From Solibacteraceae bacterium (lineage in GTDB: Bacteria; Acidobacteriota; Terriglobia; Bryobacterales; Bryobacteraceae), in NCBI GenBank assembly GCA_021324015.1, contig JAJPJX010000117.1, forward strand, positions 5,058 through 29,057: DNA of 24,000 nt. The letters run 5' to 3'. How positions within the stretch are numbered: the first letter of the stretch is position 1; each line of letters starts with the position of its first letter. The notes under the pieces are model-generated. The model saw only the letters and a program-made list of their open reading frames with translations, was not told the origin of the DNA and searched no databases. Positions 1-8,817 of this stretch are shown here, piece by piece. The translations under genes were made by a program, and so were the position numbers.

Positions 1-1
1 C

Positions 2-1911
2 TTGGATAGGAACTATAACATTATGCGCCCCGCTGCCTTCGACCCCTCTGTCCTCCGTCAGCACTTGCGCCGCCACAAAATCGCTGACCTGCCGGAACTC
101 AAACGGGTGCTGGGCACCGACACGCCGCTCACCGTGTTCCGCAAGCTTAAGCAACTCGGCTACCTCGCCAGCTACACCCATCGCGGGCGGTTTTACGCCC
201 TCGCCGACATCCCCCAGTTTGATGATCGCGGGTTGTGGTCCCACCAAGCCGTCTGGTTCTCCCGGCATGGCACCCTACTGGCTACCGTGGAGGCCTTCGT
301 CCTGGCTTCTCCCCACGGCTATTACGCCGATGAACTTGCCGACGTTCTGCACGCCGAAGTGCGGGAGCCTCTCCGCCACCTGGTTCAGCGGGAACGTCTG
401 AGCCGGACCGAAGTCGACGGCCAGTTCCTCTATTCCGCCATCGAGTCGCCCGATCGCCGCAACCAAATCATGACTCGGCGCAGCGCCCAAGTGGTCCCAT
501 TGGCCGCCCACTCAGCCGGCCTCGAAGTCTCTCCCGGTGAACTCAAGGCCGCGATCATCTTTTTCTATGGCCTACTCGACGAACAGCAACGCCGTTTGTT
601 TGCCGGCTTGGAATCCATCCGGCTCGGCCACGGTGGCGACACCCTCCTCGGCGATTTCCTGGGCCTGGACGCGCACACCGTCGCTCGCGGTCGTCAGCAA
701 CTGCTGGACCCCAACGTAATCAGTGGGCGGATACGCCGCCAGGGTGGCGGCCGTCAGCCCGCGGAAAAAAAACGCCGGACATAATCGACGTCCTACATTG
801 CTGGAACACGACACGGCCGGCGATCCCATGACGGGGCTGCGCTGGTCGCGCCGCACGACCATCCGAATCTCCGAGGAACTTTGCCAACTCGGCATCGCTG
901 TCTGCCCCAATACCGTCGCCCGCCTGCTCCCTCAGATGGGCTATTCCCTGCGCGTCAATCACAAGCAGATCACCACCGACTCCAGTCCCGATCGCAATCT
1001 CCAGGTTCGAATACTTGGCCGAACTGCGCGGTCGGTTTCAACGTCGTCATCTGCCTATCATCCGTGTCGATACCAAGAACCGCGAACTGGTCGGCAATTT
1101 CCGTAATCCAGGCCGTCGCTGGGAATGCAGCCCTCGCCGCGTCTTCGACCACGACTTTCGCACCGACTCCATCGGCATCGCCATTCCCTATGGCATTTAT
1201 GACATCACCGAAAATCGCGGTGCCTTCGTCATCGGTGTTTCCCACGACACGTCCGCCTTTGCCGCTCATGCCATCGCCCATTGGTGGCAGCAGGAAGGCT
1301 CCCGTCGCTATACCGGCTCGCGCCAACTCCTCATTCTGGCCGATACCGGCGGCAGTAACAGCTATCTCTGCTACGCCTGCAAGACCGAGCTTCAGTACCA
1401 ACTGGCCAACTCTTTCGGTCTGTCGGTCACCGTAGCCCACTACCCGACCGGAGCTTCAAAATGGAACCCTGTCGAACATCGTCTCTTCTCCGAGGTGTCG
1501 CGAAACTGGGCTGGTGAACCGCTCGACTCCTACCGGAAGATCCTCAATTACGCCCGAACCACCAAAACCCAAACCGGTCTCACCGTCACCGCCTACCTCG
1601 ACCGCCGCCAATACCCATGCGGTCTCAAACCCTCACCAGAACCAGTCGCGTCTCTGCGACTGCAGCACCATGAAACCCTGCCGAAGTGGAACTACACCAT
1701 CAAGTTGTTTTTGCGTCGGCCCTTAGTCGTGAGGTGGCAGACCCGCCGGGAACTGCGCCAGAGGGCGTACGCCAATGCCGCAATGCACGCCACGCAGAAA
1801 CCAACCGCGATGGAATCCAACGACGTTCTCCTGAAGGTGGGCAGTTCCGGGCCACAACCCCGGCTCGGAGGTTTGGCGCGAGGCGGCCGACGCGCAGAGA
1901 TTCCAAGTTAG
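2..1911 (+). pseudogene. ISAzo13-family DDE transposase, decayed by frameshifts. The 5' end is at or beyond the window edge (possible ATG at 23).
   Basis: Three consecutive ORFs in different frames (2-784, 723-1106, 1015-1911) together spell one ISAzo13-type transposase. Recognisable stretches: LDEQQRRLFAG...GHGG, GRIRRQGGGR, TAGDPMTGLRWSRRT, SPDRNLQ then FEYLAELRGRFQRRHLPIIRVDTKNRELVGNF, ILADTGGSN, HYPTGASKWNPVEHRLFS, KWNYTI. One frame break is at about 1004-1005 (extra G in CAGGTTC). Another is at or just after the A8 run at 765-772. Family-like sequence ends near 1710, but the ORF reads on to 1911. Confidence 0.8.
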
Positions 1912-2501
1912 CATGACGCAGATCAGAAAATGATGCTGACGTTGGAGCACCCAGCGGCGTTGCCGGAAGAGATGCTGGGGGCGTTCGTGCCCATCGCGGC
2001 CGGCTGGTGCGCGGGTGGCGACCCATCTTGACGCCAGTGATCATGAAAGCGGAACGCTGGAGGACGGCTCCGCGCGCCGGGCTGTATGATAGCGAGCGGT
2101 GAAGGTCAGGGATTTCATCCGCGGTCTGGCGGCTGGCGGCAGGCAACTCAAGACGACCAGGGGCAGCCACCGCCAGACCGGCACCTTGAAAAAGGAATGG
2201 CTGTCACAGTAGCTGGTCATCCCGGGTCCGATCTTCCGGAACACCGAAGGCGATTCTGCGCAGCTTCGGACTGTAAGAGAAGAGAAGAGCGGATGAAGTT
2301 CATAGGTATTTCCATCCCCAGACCGTCGAGCGCTGCGGGCGTCATTGAAGTGGACTCTGCCGCCTGACGCGCCTACGATTTCGAATCCGGGTGTCGAGGC
2401 GGCTGTTCCCCCTCTGCCAGGGCTCCCCGGCGTTACCGCGCGAACTTCAGGGCTTGCGCCGAGACCTATGTTCTGCCGCCCGTGCGGGCTGGTCAAGCCC
2501 C

Positions 2502-3314
2502 TCATGGCGCCGGGCGGGGCAGGCGCCATTTTGTTCGGGTGTAGGCGATGCGGAATCCTTGGCGCTCGGCGTTGCGCTGGGAGTCGGTGCCGGCTCCGGC
2601 GACCATCATGGCCAGGTCGCAGCCATGATCGACGGCGTAGCGCATCCGTTCTTCGAGCAGCGCGGACTGCAATCCGCGGCGGCGCAGTTCCGGAATGGTG
2701 GCGGAACCGGCGAACAGGGCGACCCCGTCGTGGATGCTCAGCGCGGCGGCGGCACCAGGTACGCCGCCAATCTCAGCGAGGAAGCAGAGACTGCCCTCGC
2801 GTGCCGTAGCGATCACGCCGATTTCCTGAAGGAAATCCAGAAATTCGTGATGCTCGTGCGCCCAGCCCCTGGCGCTGACGCCGGCCCAGAGTTGGGATTC
2901 CTCCGCACGGATCACGCGCACCTCGATGCCAGGATGGTCTGCCGCCCCGGGTTTCTCCACGCTTCGATATAAAACGTTGCTGATCTCGACGGGTCTGTAG
3001 CTCCTGGTGCAGAGCAGGTCGAGAACAGACACCCCGGCGAGCGGACTCACTTCGTGGACCGCCGGCGCGCCGCGGGCGAAAAAAAAGCGCTCGATTTCCT
3101 CCAGCGCGGCCGCGCTCAAGTCCTCGAAGATGCCGAGCCCGAAGCTCTGGGTGACCGGGGAATCGACGCCGTCGAAGACGGCATAGGCGCCTGCGCATTC
3201 CATCCACCCGGCGCCGCTTGCGGGGAACAGACGAAGCCGGCTCTCGGCGAACCGGACACAGGCATATCCTTCCGCCCCCTCCAGGCGTCTCGAGAGTGCA
3301 AGGTCGGAGAACAC
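2502..3314 (-). CDS. GNAT-family N-acetyltransferase (two-lobed, about 270 aa)
   Basis: 270-aa ORF with a GTG start. The C-terminal half has a GNAT acetyl-CoA-binding motif context (IPELRRRGLQSALLEERMRYAVDHGCDLAMMV ... SQRNAERQGFRIAYTRTKW). It is divergent from alkB with a 58-bp spacer. Confidence 0.8.
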   Translation of the reverse strand: MFSDLALSRRLEGAEGYACVRFAESRLRLFPASGAGWMECAGAYAVFDGVDSPVTQSFGLGIFEDLSAAALEEIERFFFARGAPAVHEVSPLAGVSVLDLLCTRSYRPVEISNVLYRSVEKPGAADHPGIEVRVIRAEESQLWAGVSARGWAHEHHEFLDFLQEIGVIATAREGSLCFLAEIGGVPGAAAALSIHDGVALFAGSATIPELRRRGLQSALLEERMRYAVDHGCDLAMMVAGAGTDSQRNAERQGFRIAYTRTKWRLPRPAP

Positions 3315-3372
3315 GATTCGCTCGTGTCATGTTACACAGCAGCGATCCGCCCAGGCAACGCGTGGTAGGAGA

Positions 3373-4044
3373 ATGGAATGGGGAGCGGGATGTGCCGTGG
3401 TTTCTCTTTTCGATAGCCAAGGGCTGCCGCCGTCCGAGGAGCGGCTGGAAGAGGGGGCCGTGCTGTTGCGCGGTTTCGCGGCGGCGGAGGCGCCCGCGCT
3501 GCTCGAAGAAGTGGCGCGCATCGCGCAGACCGCGCCTTTCCGCCACCTGGTGACGCCGGGAGGTTACGGCATGTCCGTGGCGATGACCAACTGCGGCCGC
3601 GTGGGTTGGGTCTCCGACCGTAATGGCTACCGCTACGATCCCGTGGACCCAGACAGCGGAGCGCCGTGGCCGGTGATGCCCGGGGTGTTTCTGGACGTGG
3701 CGGTGCGCGCCGCCGCGGCGGGCGGGTTCGCGGGGTACGATCCCGACGCCTGCCTGATCAACCGTTACGTGGAGGGCGCCAAACTTGGGCTGCACCAGGA
3801 CCGCGACGAGAAGGACGCTTGGGCGCCGATCGTCTCGGTTTCGCTCGGGTTGCCGGCCGTATTTTTGTGGGGCGGCAAACGCCGCGCCGATCCGGTGCGC
3901 CGGCTGCGCGTGGAACACGGCGACGTGGCGGTGTGGGGAGGGCCGGCGCGCTTTGTGTATCACGGCGTGGCGCCGCTGCGGCACGGGCAACATCCGCTGA
4001 CCGCCGGGGCACGCATCAACTTGACGTTTCGGAAGGTGTTTTGA
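3373..4044 (+). CDS. alkB: Alpha-ketoglutarate/Fe(II)-dependent dioxygenase AlkB (oxidative DNA/RNA demethylase)
   Basis: Collinear with E. coli AlkB as I recall it: FRHLVTPGGYGMSVAMTNCGRVGW, PWPVMP, PDACLINRYVEGAKLGLHQDRDE (the HxD iron ligands), APIVSVSLGLPAVF, EHGDVAVWGG, FVYHGV (third iron ligand), RINLTFR. The true start may be a few codons downstream of 3373. Confidence 0.93.
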   Translation: MEWGAGCAVVSLFDSQGLPPSEERLEEGAVLLRGFAAAEAPALLEEVARIAQTAPFRHLVTPGGYGMSVAMTNCGRVGWVSDRNGYRYDPVDPDSGAPWPVMPGVFLDVAVRAAAAGGFAGYDPDACLINRYVEGAKLGLHQDRDEKDAWAPIVSVSLGLPAVFLWGGKRRADPVRRLRVEHGDVAVWGGPARFVYHGVAPLRHGQHPLTAGARINLTFRKVF

Positions 4045-5725
4045 GGTAGCCGCCGTAGAATTCCTCTCTTACGCCGGCGAGCAGGCGAGCGGCCAGGGCG
4101 CCGTCGGCCGGATATCGAATCAGGGCCTGGCGGACCAATTCGACGCCGCCTTCAAACTCGGCCTGGACGACGGCGTCCACTCCCAGTTTGCGCAGTGCGG
4201 TCATCTGCTGCGGCCGGGCAGCGCGCGCGATGGTCACGATGGCCGGGTTCAGGCGCCGGGCGCGATCGACGCCCAGCTCCGCGGTGCTCAGGTCCGGCAC
4301 GGCCAGCACCAGCATGCGGGCGCTCTCGATGCGGGCGGCATGCTGGATCTCCTCGCTGGTGATATCGCCCCAGACTCCCGCCAGGCCGTGCTCGTGCAGC
4401 GCGCCGAACACGGCATGGTTCAGTTCCACGACGACCAGGGGGATGCCGGCCGCGCGTAGGACGCGGGCGACGGCCTGGCCGCTGCGTCCGTAACCGGCGA
4501 CGACGATGTGGCCGTGGAGCGCTTCCGGCGGGAGTGCGACAGGCGCGGGCGCTGCGGCGGGCTTGCGCCAGGACCGCCAGGCGCGCCCGAGGGGAAGGGC
4601 CAAGCCGGATACCGCCGGGGAGAGCGCCATGGTGAGGATCGTGCAGGTCAGCGCCAGATCGTAGGCGGGTTTTGAGAGAGCCCCGGAGGCGACGCCGGTC
4701 CGCGCGAGCAGGAAGGAGAACTCGCCGACCTGCGACAGGCCCAGCCCGACGATCCAGGGGGCCATGTTGACGTATCCGAACGCTCTGGCGAGGCCGCCGG
4801 CGATCAGGGATTTTCCCAAGAAGATCAGCGGAACGATGAGAGCGATGCGGGCGGCATGGGCCAGGGCGTAGCGGGGATCGAGCAGCATGCCCACGGTAAC
4901 GAAGAACAGGAGGCCGAAGATGTCGCGCAGCGGGACAACGTCGCTCAGGGCCTGGCGGCTGAATTCGGATTCGCTGAGGATGAGGCCCGCAACGAAGGCG
5001 CCCAGGGCGAAGGAGAGGCCCATGCGCTCGGTGGCGTAACCGACCCCGACGCCGATGGCCACCACGGATACCAGGAACAGCTCCCGGGATCCCAGCCTCA
5101 GCACCCGCCGCAGCAACGGGGGCAGCAGCCGGACACCCAGAACCACGACGGCGGCGAGAAACACGGCGGCGATTCCGATGGCGCGCGCGAGCCTGAGGGG
5201 GAGATGGCCGGGGTCGCCAAGCTGGGGCAGGATGATGAGCATCGGGACCACGGCCAGGTCCTGGACCACCAGCAGACCGATCATCACCCGGCTGGCCAGC
5301 GTGGAGGTAACGCCCGCCGCGGACAAGGTCTTCAGCACGACGACCGTGCTGGAGAGGGAAATCATGGCGCCGAACCAGATGGCCTCGGTGACCGGCATTC
5401 CCAGAGCAGTGCGGCCAGCGGCGGCGGCGGCGAGGGACGTCAGAAGAATCTGGAGCGGGCCTCCGATCAGGGCCATGCGGCGAACGGGTTGGAGATCCTG
5501 AAAGGACATCTCCAGGCCGAGGGAGAAGAGCAGCAGGGCCACGCCGATATCGGCCAGGCGTTCAATCTCGTGAACCTGCACCACGGTGGGGCCGGCCGTG
5601 TAGGGGCCCACGAGTACCCCGGCGGCCACGTAGCCGACCAGCAGCGGCACACGCAGGGCGCGCGCCAGGAGGCCCCCCAGGAGGCCGGCGAGGACGATCA
5701 ACACAAAGTCGGAAGCGATGCCCAA
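4016..5725 (-). CDS. CPA2-family monovalent cation:proton antiporter (KefB/KefC-like) with a C-terminal TrkA-N/RCK domain
   Basis: 569-aa polytopic membrane protein with a Na+/H+-exchanger-type N-terminus (VLAGLLGGLLARALRVPLLVGYVAAGVLVGP ... ADIGVALLLFSLGLE). It is followed by a Rossmann RCK motif (HIVVAGYGRSGQAVARVL...VVVE). The 3' end overlaps the alkB 3' end by 29 bp. Confidence 0.9.
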   Translation of the reverse strand: MGIASDFVLIVLAGLLGGLLARALRVPLLVGYVAAGVLVGPYTAGPTVVQVHEIERLADIGVALLLFSLGLEMSFQDLQPVRRMALIGGPLQILLTSLAAAAAGRTALGMPVTEAIWFGAMISLSSTVVVLKTLSAAGVTSTLASRVMIGLLVVQDLAVVPMLIILPQLGDPGHLPLRLARAIGIAAVFLAAVVVLGVRLLPPLLRRVLRLGSRELFLVSVVAIGVGVGYATERMGLSFALGAFVAGLILSESEFSRQALSDVVPLRDIFGLLFFVTVGMLLDPRYALAHAARIALIVPLIFLGKSLIAGGLARAFGYVNMAPWIVGLGLSQVGEFSFLLARTGVASGALSKPAYDLALTCTILTMALSPAVSGLALPLGRAWRSWRKPAAAPAPVALPPEALHGHIVVAGYGRSGQAVARVLRAAGIPLVVVELNHAVFGALHEHGLAGVWGDITSEEIQHAARIESARMLVLAVPDLSTAELGVDRARRLNPAIVTIARAARPQQMTALRKLGVDAVVQAEFEGGVELVRQALIRYPADGALAARLLAGVREEFYGGYLKTPSETSS

Positions 5726-5778
5726 TCCCGGCGGATCTCCTTCCCCGAGATTTCATTGTCGCGCGGATGCTGCGCGAT

Positions 5779-8421
5779 TCAGCCTTCCTCGCGCAGGGTG
5801 TCGGCGGGGTCCACGCCGGCCGCGCGCCGGGCGGGAAGGAAACCCGCGAGCAGGCCGAGCAGGGCCATGGAGGCGCAGGCGGCGGCCAGCGCCACGGGAT
5901 CAAGGGGCGACACCTCGAACAAGAGACTCTTCATCACGCGGGTAAGGGCCACCGTTCCGAGCAGGCCGAAGGCAAGGCCCACGGCCACCAGGCGGAGCGC
6001 ATGGCGCAGCACCTGTGAGAGCACGGCGGCCGAGCGCGCGCCCAGGGCCATGCGGATGCCGATTTCGCGGCGCTGGAGCGTGACGGTGTGCGCGAGCACG
6101 CCGTAGAGGCCGGTGGCGGTGAGCAGCACGGCGACGAGGGCGAAGGCGCCGATGAGGCCGGCGGGCCGGCTGACGCCCCACAGCGTCCGGTCCCGCACCT
6201 GCTGCATGGTGGCGATATCGCCCAGGGGCAGGTTGGGATCGACGTCGCGAACCGCTTCGCGGATGGCGGGCATGACCGCGGCGGTGGCGAGCGCGGTGCG
6301 GATGACAAGTTTCACCTGAGGCGAGGGCGCCTGCGCCAGCGGCACGTAGACCACCGGCGGATCGGGATCGCCCGGAGAGGAGACCCGCTCGCTCCGGATG
6401 ACGCCCACGATCCGGACTTCCGGAATGAAGACTTTGGTCTCCAGGTAGCCGGGCGTGGACACACGAACCACCCTGCCGACGGGATCCTGCATGCGGCCAA
6501 GCTCGGCCAGGCGCGACGCCAGAGCCTGGTTGATGACCATGACGCGCGGCGCTCCTTCGCGGTCTCCGGCGGTGATGCCGCGGCCGGCCAGCACGGGGAT
6601 GCCGAGGGCGTGGAAATAGCCGGGATCGACGCGTTTGAAGCGCACGCGGAGAAGCTCGGAAACGCCCGGGAGGACGATGGCCTCGCCATTCGAGATCCAC
6701 TCGAGGGGCAGACACGTGGACAGGCCCGCCTGCGAGACTCCCGGAGCAGCCGCGAGCCGCTGGCTGAGCGCCTGGTAAAAGCGGGCGGCGTTCCCTGGCG
6801 CCGGGTAGGCGGCGGCCGGCAGGTCCAGGGACATGGTGATCACGTTTTTGATATGCACGCCGGTGTCGATTTGCTGCAAGTTGAGGAGGCTCCTGAGCAA
6901 CAGGAGCGCGCTCATCACCAACACCAGCGAGAGGGCGACCTCGCTCACGACGATGGCGCGGCGCATGCGCGCGTGCACGCCGGAGGAGCCGCGTCCCGTC
7001 CGGTTCAGGGAGGCCGCCAGATTGCCGAAAGAAGCCCGCAGCGCCGGCAGCGTGCCGGCCAGCAGTGCGACTCCCAGCACCACCGCGCCGGCGAAAGAGA
7101 CGACCCGCAGATCCAGGCGGACATCGGCAGTGAACGGCAGGGACTGCGCCAGGATCGAAGACGCGGCACGGATCAGAAGGGCGGCGGTGGCAGCGCCCGC
7201 CACGCCTCCGAGCAGGCACAGGAGCAGGCTTTCGGTCAGCAATTGCGCCACCAAACGGCCGCGGCTGGCGCCCAGGGCGGCGCGGACGGCAAGCTCGCGG
7301 CCGCGCGAAGCAGCCCTGGCCAGGAGCAGATTGACCACGTTGGCGCAGGCGATCAGCAGGACCAGGGCGACGGCGCCAAACGCGACCAGGATGGATCGCC
7401 GCAAACCGGAGCCGACCAGCAGGCGGGCGAGCGGTTCGACGACGATGGCGCCTTCGCGATCGTGGACGGAGCGGGTATCCGCCAGAGCGGCATAAATGGC
7501 CTGCATGCGTTCAGCGGCCCGGGCTACGGAGACGCCGCCGCGCAGCCGGCCGTACACGGTGAGCCAATGGATATCGCGCACCTGCTGGTCCGGGAGAAGG
7601 ATCAGCGGCTTCCAGAAGCGAGTCTCGTCCCGATCGAAGGCGCCGGGCGGCAGAACGCCCACGACTTGGCGCGGTTCGCCATCCAGGATGGGGCGGCGGC
7701 GCAGGATGCCGGGGTCGCCGCCGAAGACGTTCTGCCAGGCGGCATGACTGAGGACGATCACGGGGGCGGCACCGGGCCGGCCGTCCTCGGGCACGAATGT
7801 GCGGCCCAGCAGGGCTCCGGTGGAGAACACGCGAAAATAGTCCGGCGTGACGGCCTTGCCGGCGAGGCGTATGGCATCGGCGGGACCGGTGAGCGCCGCC
7901 GAGATGGACTGTTCGGCGGACAGCGCCTCGAAGACGGGGCTCGCCAGGCGCTGCCAATCGAGAAAATCCGGGGTGCTGGTGGCATTGACGACCCCCGGCC
8001 GCGGCGCTTCCCAGACGCGGACGATGCGGTCCGGCTGCGGGAACGGCAGGGGGCGGAGAAGGACCGCATCGACCACACTGAACATGGCGACGTTGGCGCC
8101 GATGCCGAGGGCCAGCACGCTCACCACCGTGGCGGTGAAGCCGGGCGCTCGCCGGAGCGAGGCCAGGCCGTATCGGAGGTCGCGGAGTAAGGTTTCGATC
8201 CCTCGAAAACTGCGCTGGTCGCGATGTTCTTCTTTCATCTTTTCGACTCCGCCAAAGCGCAGGCGGGCGGCGCGGCGGGCTTCCTCGGCGGACAGGCCGC
8301 GCGCGAGGGCGTCGCGTTCGGCCAGTTCCAGGTGAGCGAGAATCTCGTTTTCGAGTTCGCGGTCCAGGCGCCGCCGGGAGGCCAGCGCGCGGAGGCGCCC
8401 GATCACGCGGCGAAGGGTCAT
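5779..8421 (-). CDS. ADOP-family permease (acidobacterial duplicated orphan permease; MacB-like periplasmic domain plus FtsX, duplicated) with an about 68-aa N-terminal helical prefix
   Basis: 880 aa. Characteristic start of the permease body: LRDLRYGLASLRRAPGFTATVVSVLALGIGANVAMFSVVDAVLLRPLPFPQPDRIV. There are two FtsX-type four-helix modules (e.g. GIRMALGARSAAVLSQVL). The start ATG overlaps the padR stop (ATGA at 8418-8421). This matches my recollection of TIGR03434. Confidence 0.9.
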   Translation of the reverse strand: MTLRRVIGRLRALASRRRLDRELENEILAHLELAERDALARGLSAEEARRAARLRFGGVEKMKEEHRDQRSFRGIETLLRDLRYGLASLRRAPGFTATVVSVLALGIGANVAMFSVVDAVLLRPLPFPQPDRIVRVWEAPRPGVVNATSTPDFLDWQRLASPVFEALSAEQSISAALTGPADAIRLAGKAVTPDYFRVFSTGALLGRTFVPEDGRPGAAPVIVLSHAAWQNVFGGDPGILRRRPILDGEPRQVVGVLPPGAFDRDETRFWKPLILLPDQQVRDIHWLTVYGRLRGGVSVARAAERMQAIYAALADTRSVHDREGAIVVEPLARLLVGSGLRRSILVAFGAVALVLLIACANVVNLLLARAASRGRELAVRAALGASRGRLVAQLLTESLLLCLLGGVAGAATAALLIRAASSILAQSLPFTADVRLDLRVVSFAGAVVLGVALLAGTLPALRASFGNLAASLNRTGRGSSGVHARMRRAIVVSEVALSLVLVMSALLLLRSLLNLQQIDTGVHIKNVITMSLDLPAAAYPAPGNAARFYQALSQRLAAAPGVSQAGLSTCLPLEWISNGEAIVLPGVSELLRVRFKRVDPGYFHALGIPVLAGRGITAGDREGAPRVMVINQALASRLAELGRMQDPVGRVVRVSTPGYLETKVFIPEVRIVGVIRSERVSSPGDPDPPVVYVPLAQAPSPQVKLVIRTALATAAVMPAIREAVRDVDPNLPLGDIATMQQVRDRTLWGVSRPAGLIGAFALVAVLLTATGLYGVLAHTVTLQRREIGIRMALGARSAAVLSQVLRHALRLVAVGLAFGLLGTVALTRVMKSLLFEVSPLDPVALAAACASMALLGLLAGFLPARRAAGVDPADTLREEG

Positions 8422-8756
8422 CCCGCCGGCTCCAGGAAGCGGGCCACCAGGGCCGCCGTCTTTTCCCAGTTGGCCACCTCGACCAGCAGTTGTTTACGGC
8501 CGGCCCGGGTCAGGGAATAGAACTTCACTTTGCGATTGGTCTCCGAGATGCCCCATTCGGTGCGGATCCAGCCTTGCTGCTCCAGGCGGATGAGGGCGGG
8601 GTGCACGGAGCCCTGGCTCAACTGGAGAGCGTCGCCGGAGACCTGTTCGATGCGCCGGGCGATGGCGTAGCCGTGCAGGGTTCCCATGGCCTCCAGGGTT
8701 TTGAGGATGAGAAGATCCAGCGTTCCGTAGGGCACTTCGGATTGGGATTTCGACAT
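8418..8756 (-). CDS. PadR-family transcriptional regulator (acidobacterial-type, ADOP-associated)
   Basis: 112 aa with a winged-HTH PadR signature: GTLDLLILKTLEAMGTLHGYAIARRIEQVSGDALQLSQGSVHPALIRLEQQGWI...EWGISETNRKVKFYSLTRAGRKQL. Translationally coupled to the downstream ADOP gene. Matches my recollection of TIGR03433. Confidence 0.92.
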   Translation of the reverse strand: MSKSQSEVPYGTLDLLILKTLEAMGTLHGYAIARRIEQVSGDALQLSQGSVHPALIRLEQQGWIRTEWGISETNRKVKFYSLTRAGRKQLLVEVANWEKTAALVARFLEPAG

Positions 8757-8775
8757 GTCGATAACCGACAGCTAT

Positions 8776-8804
8776 AGTATGGACGCCGGCCGGCGGCTTG
8801 TCAA
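8776..8804 (-). promoter_or_regulatory. Candidate sigma70-type promoter for padR-ADOP
   Basis: The minus strand reads TTGACA (8804-8799), a 17-nt spacer, then CATACT (8781-8776), about 20 nt upstream of the padR ATG. A perfect -35 hexamer stands out in GC-rich DNA. The implied leader would be very short and has no obvious SD. Confidence 0.3.
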
Positions 8805-8817
8805 GCGGCGGTGCGGC

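Noticed and set aside
765-772. Programmed -1 ribosomal frameshift at the A8 run of the ISAzo13-type transposase
   Set aside because: As far as I know, the family uses a single ORF. At least one further indel (1004-1005), and probably another (about 793-800), is required, so pseudogenisation is the simpler explanation. Details are kept in the findings.
2380-2388. TTCGAATCC, a tRNA T-loop-like motif that might mark a tRNA or an att-site remnant
   Set aside because: The flanking bases do not form a T-stem (tacga vs ccggg). No acceptor stem or cloverleaf can be built on either strand.
2773-3993. 406-aa minus-strand ORF
   Set aside because: It is extremely Arg/Pro/His-rich and lies opposite alkB and in an alternative frame over the GNAT gene, both of which have clear homology signatures.
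4016-4044. 29-bp convergent overlap of the alkB and antiporter 3' ends
   Set aside because: Short tail-to-tail overlaps are common in compact GC-rich genomes, and nothing else suggests function.
4856-8190. Plus-strand ORFs of 416 aa (4856-6106) and 700 aa (6088-8190)
   Set aside because: They are shadow ORFs opposite the CPA2 antiporter and ADOP genes, with low-complexity G/D/E/R/Q-rich translations.
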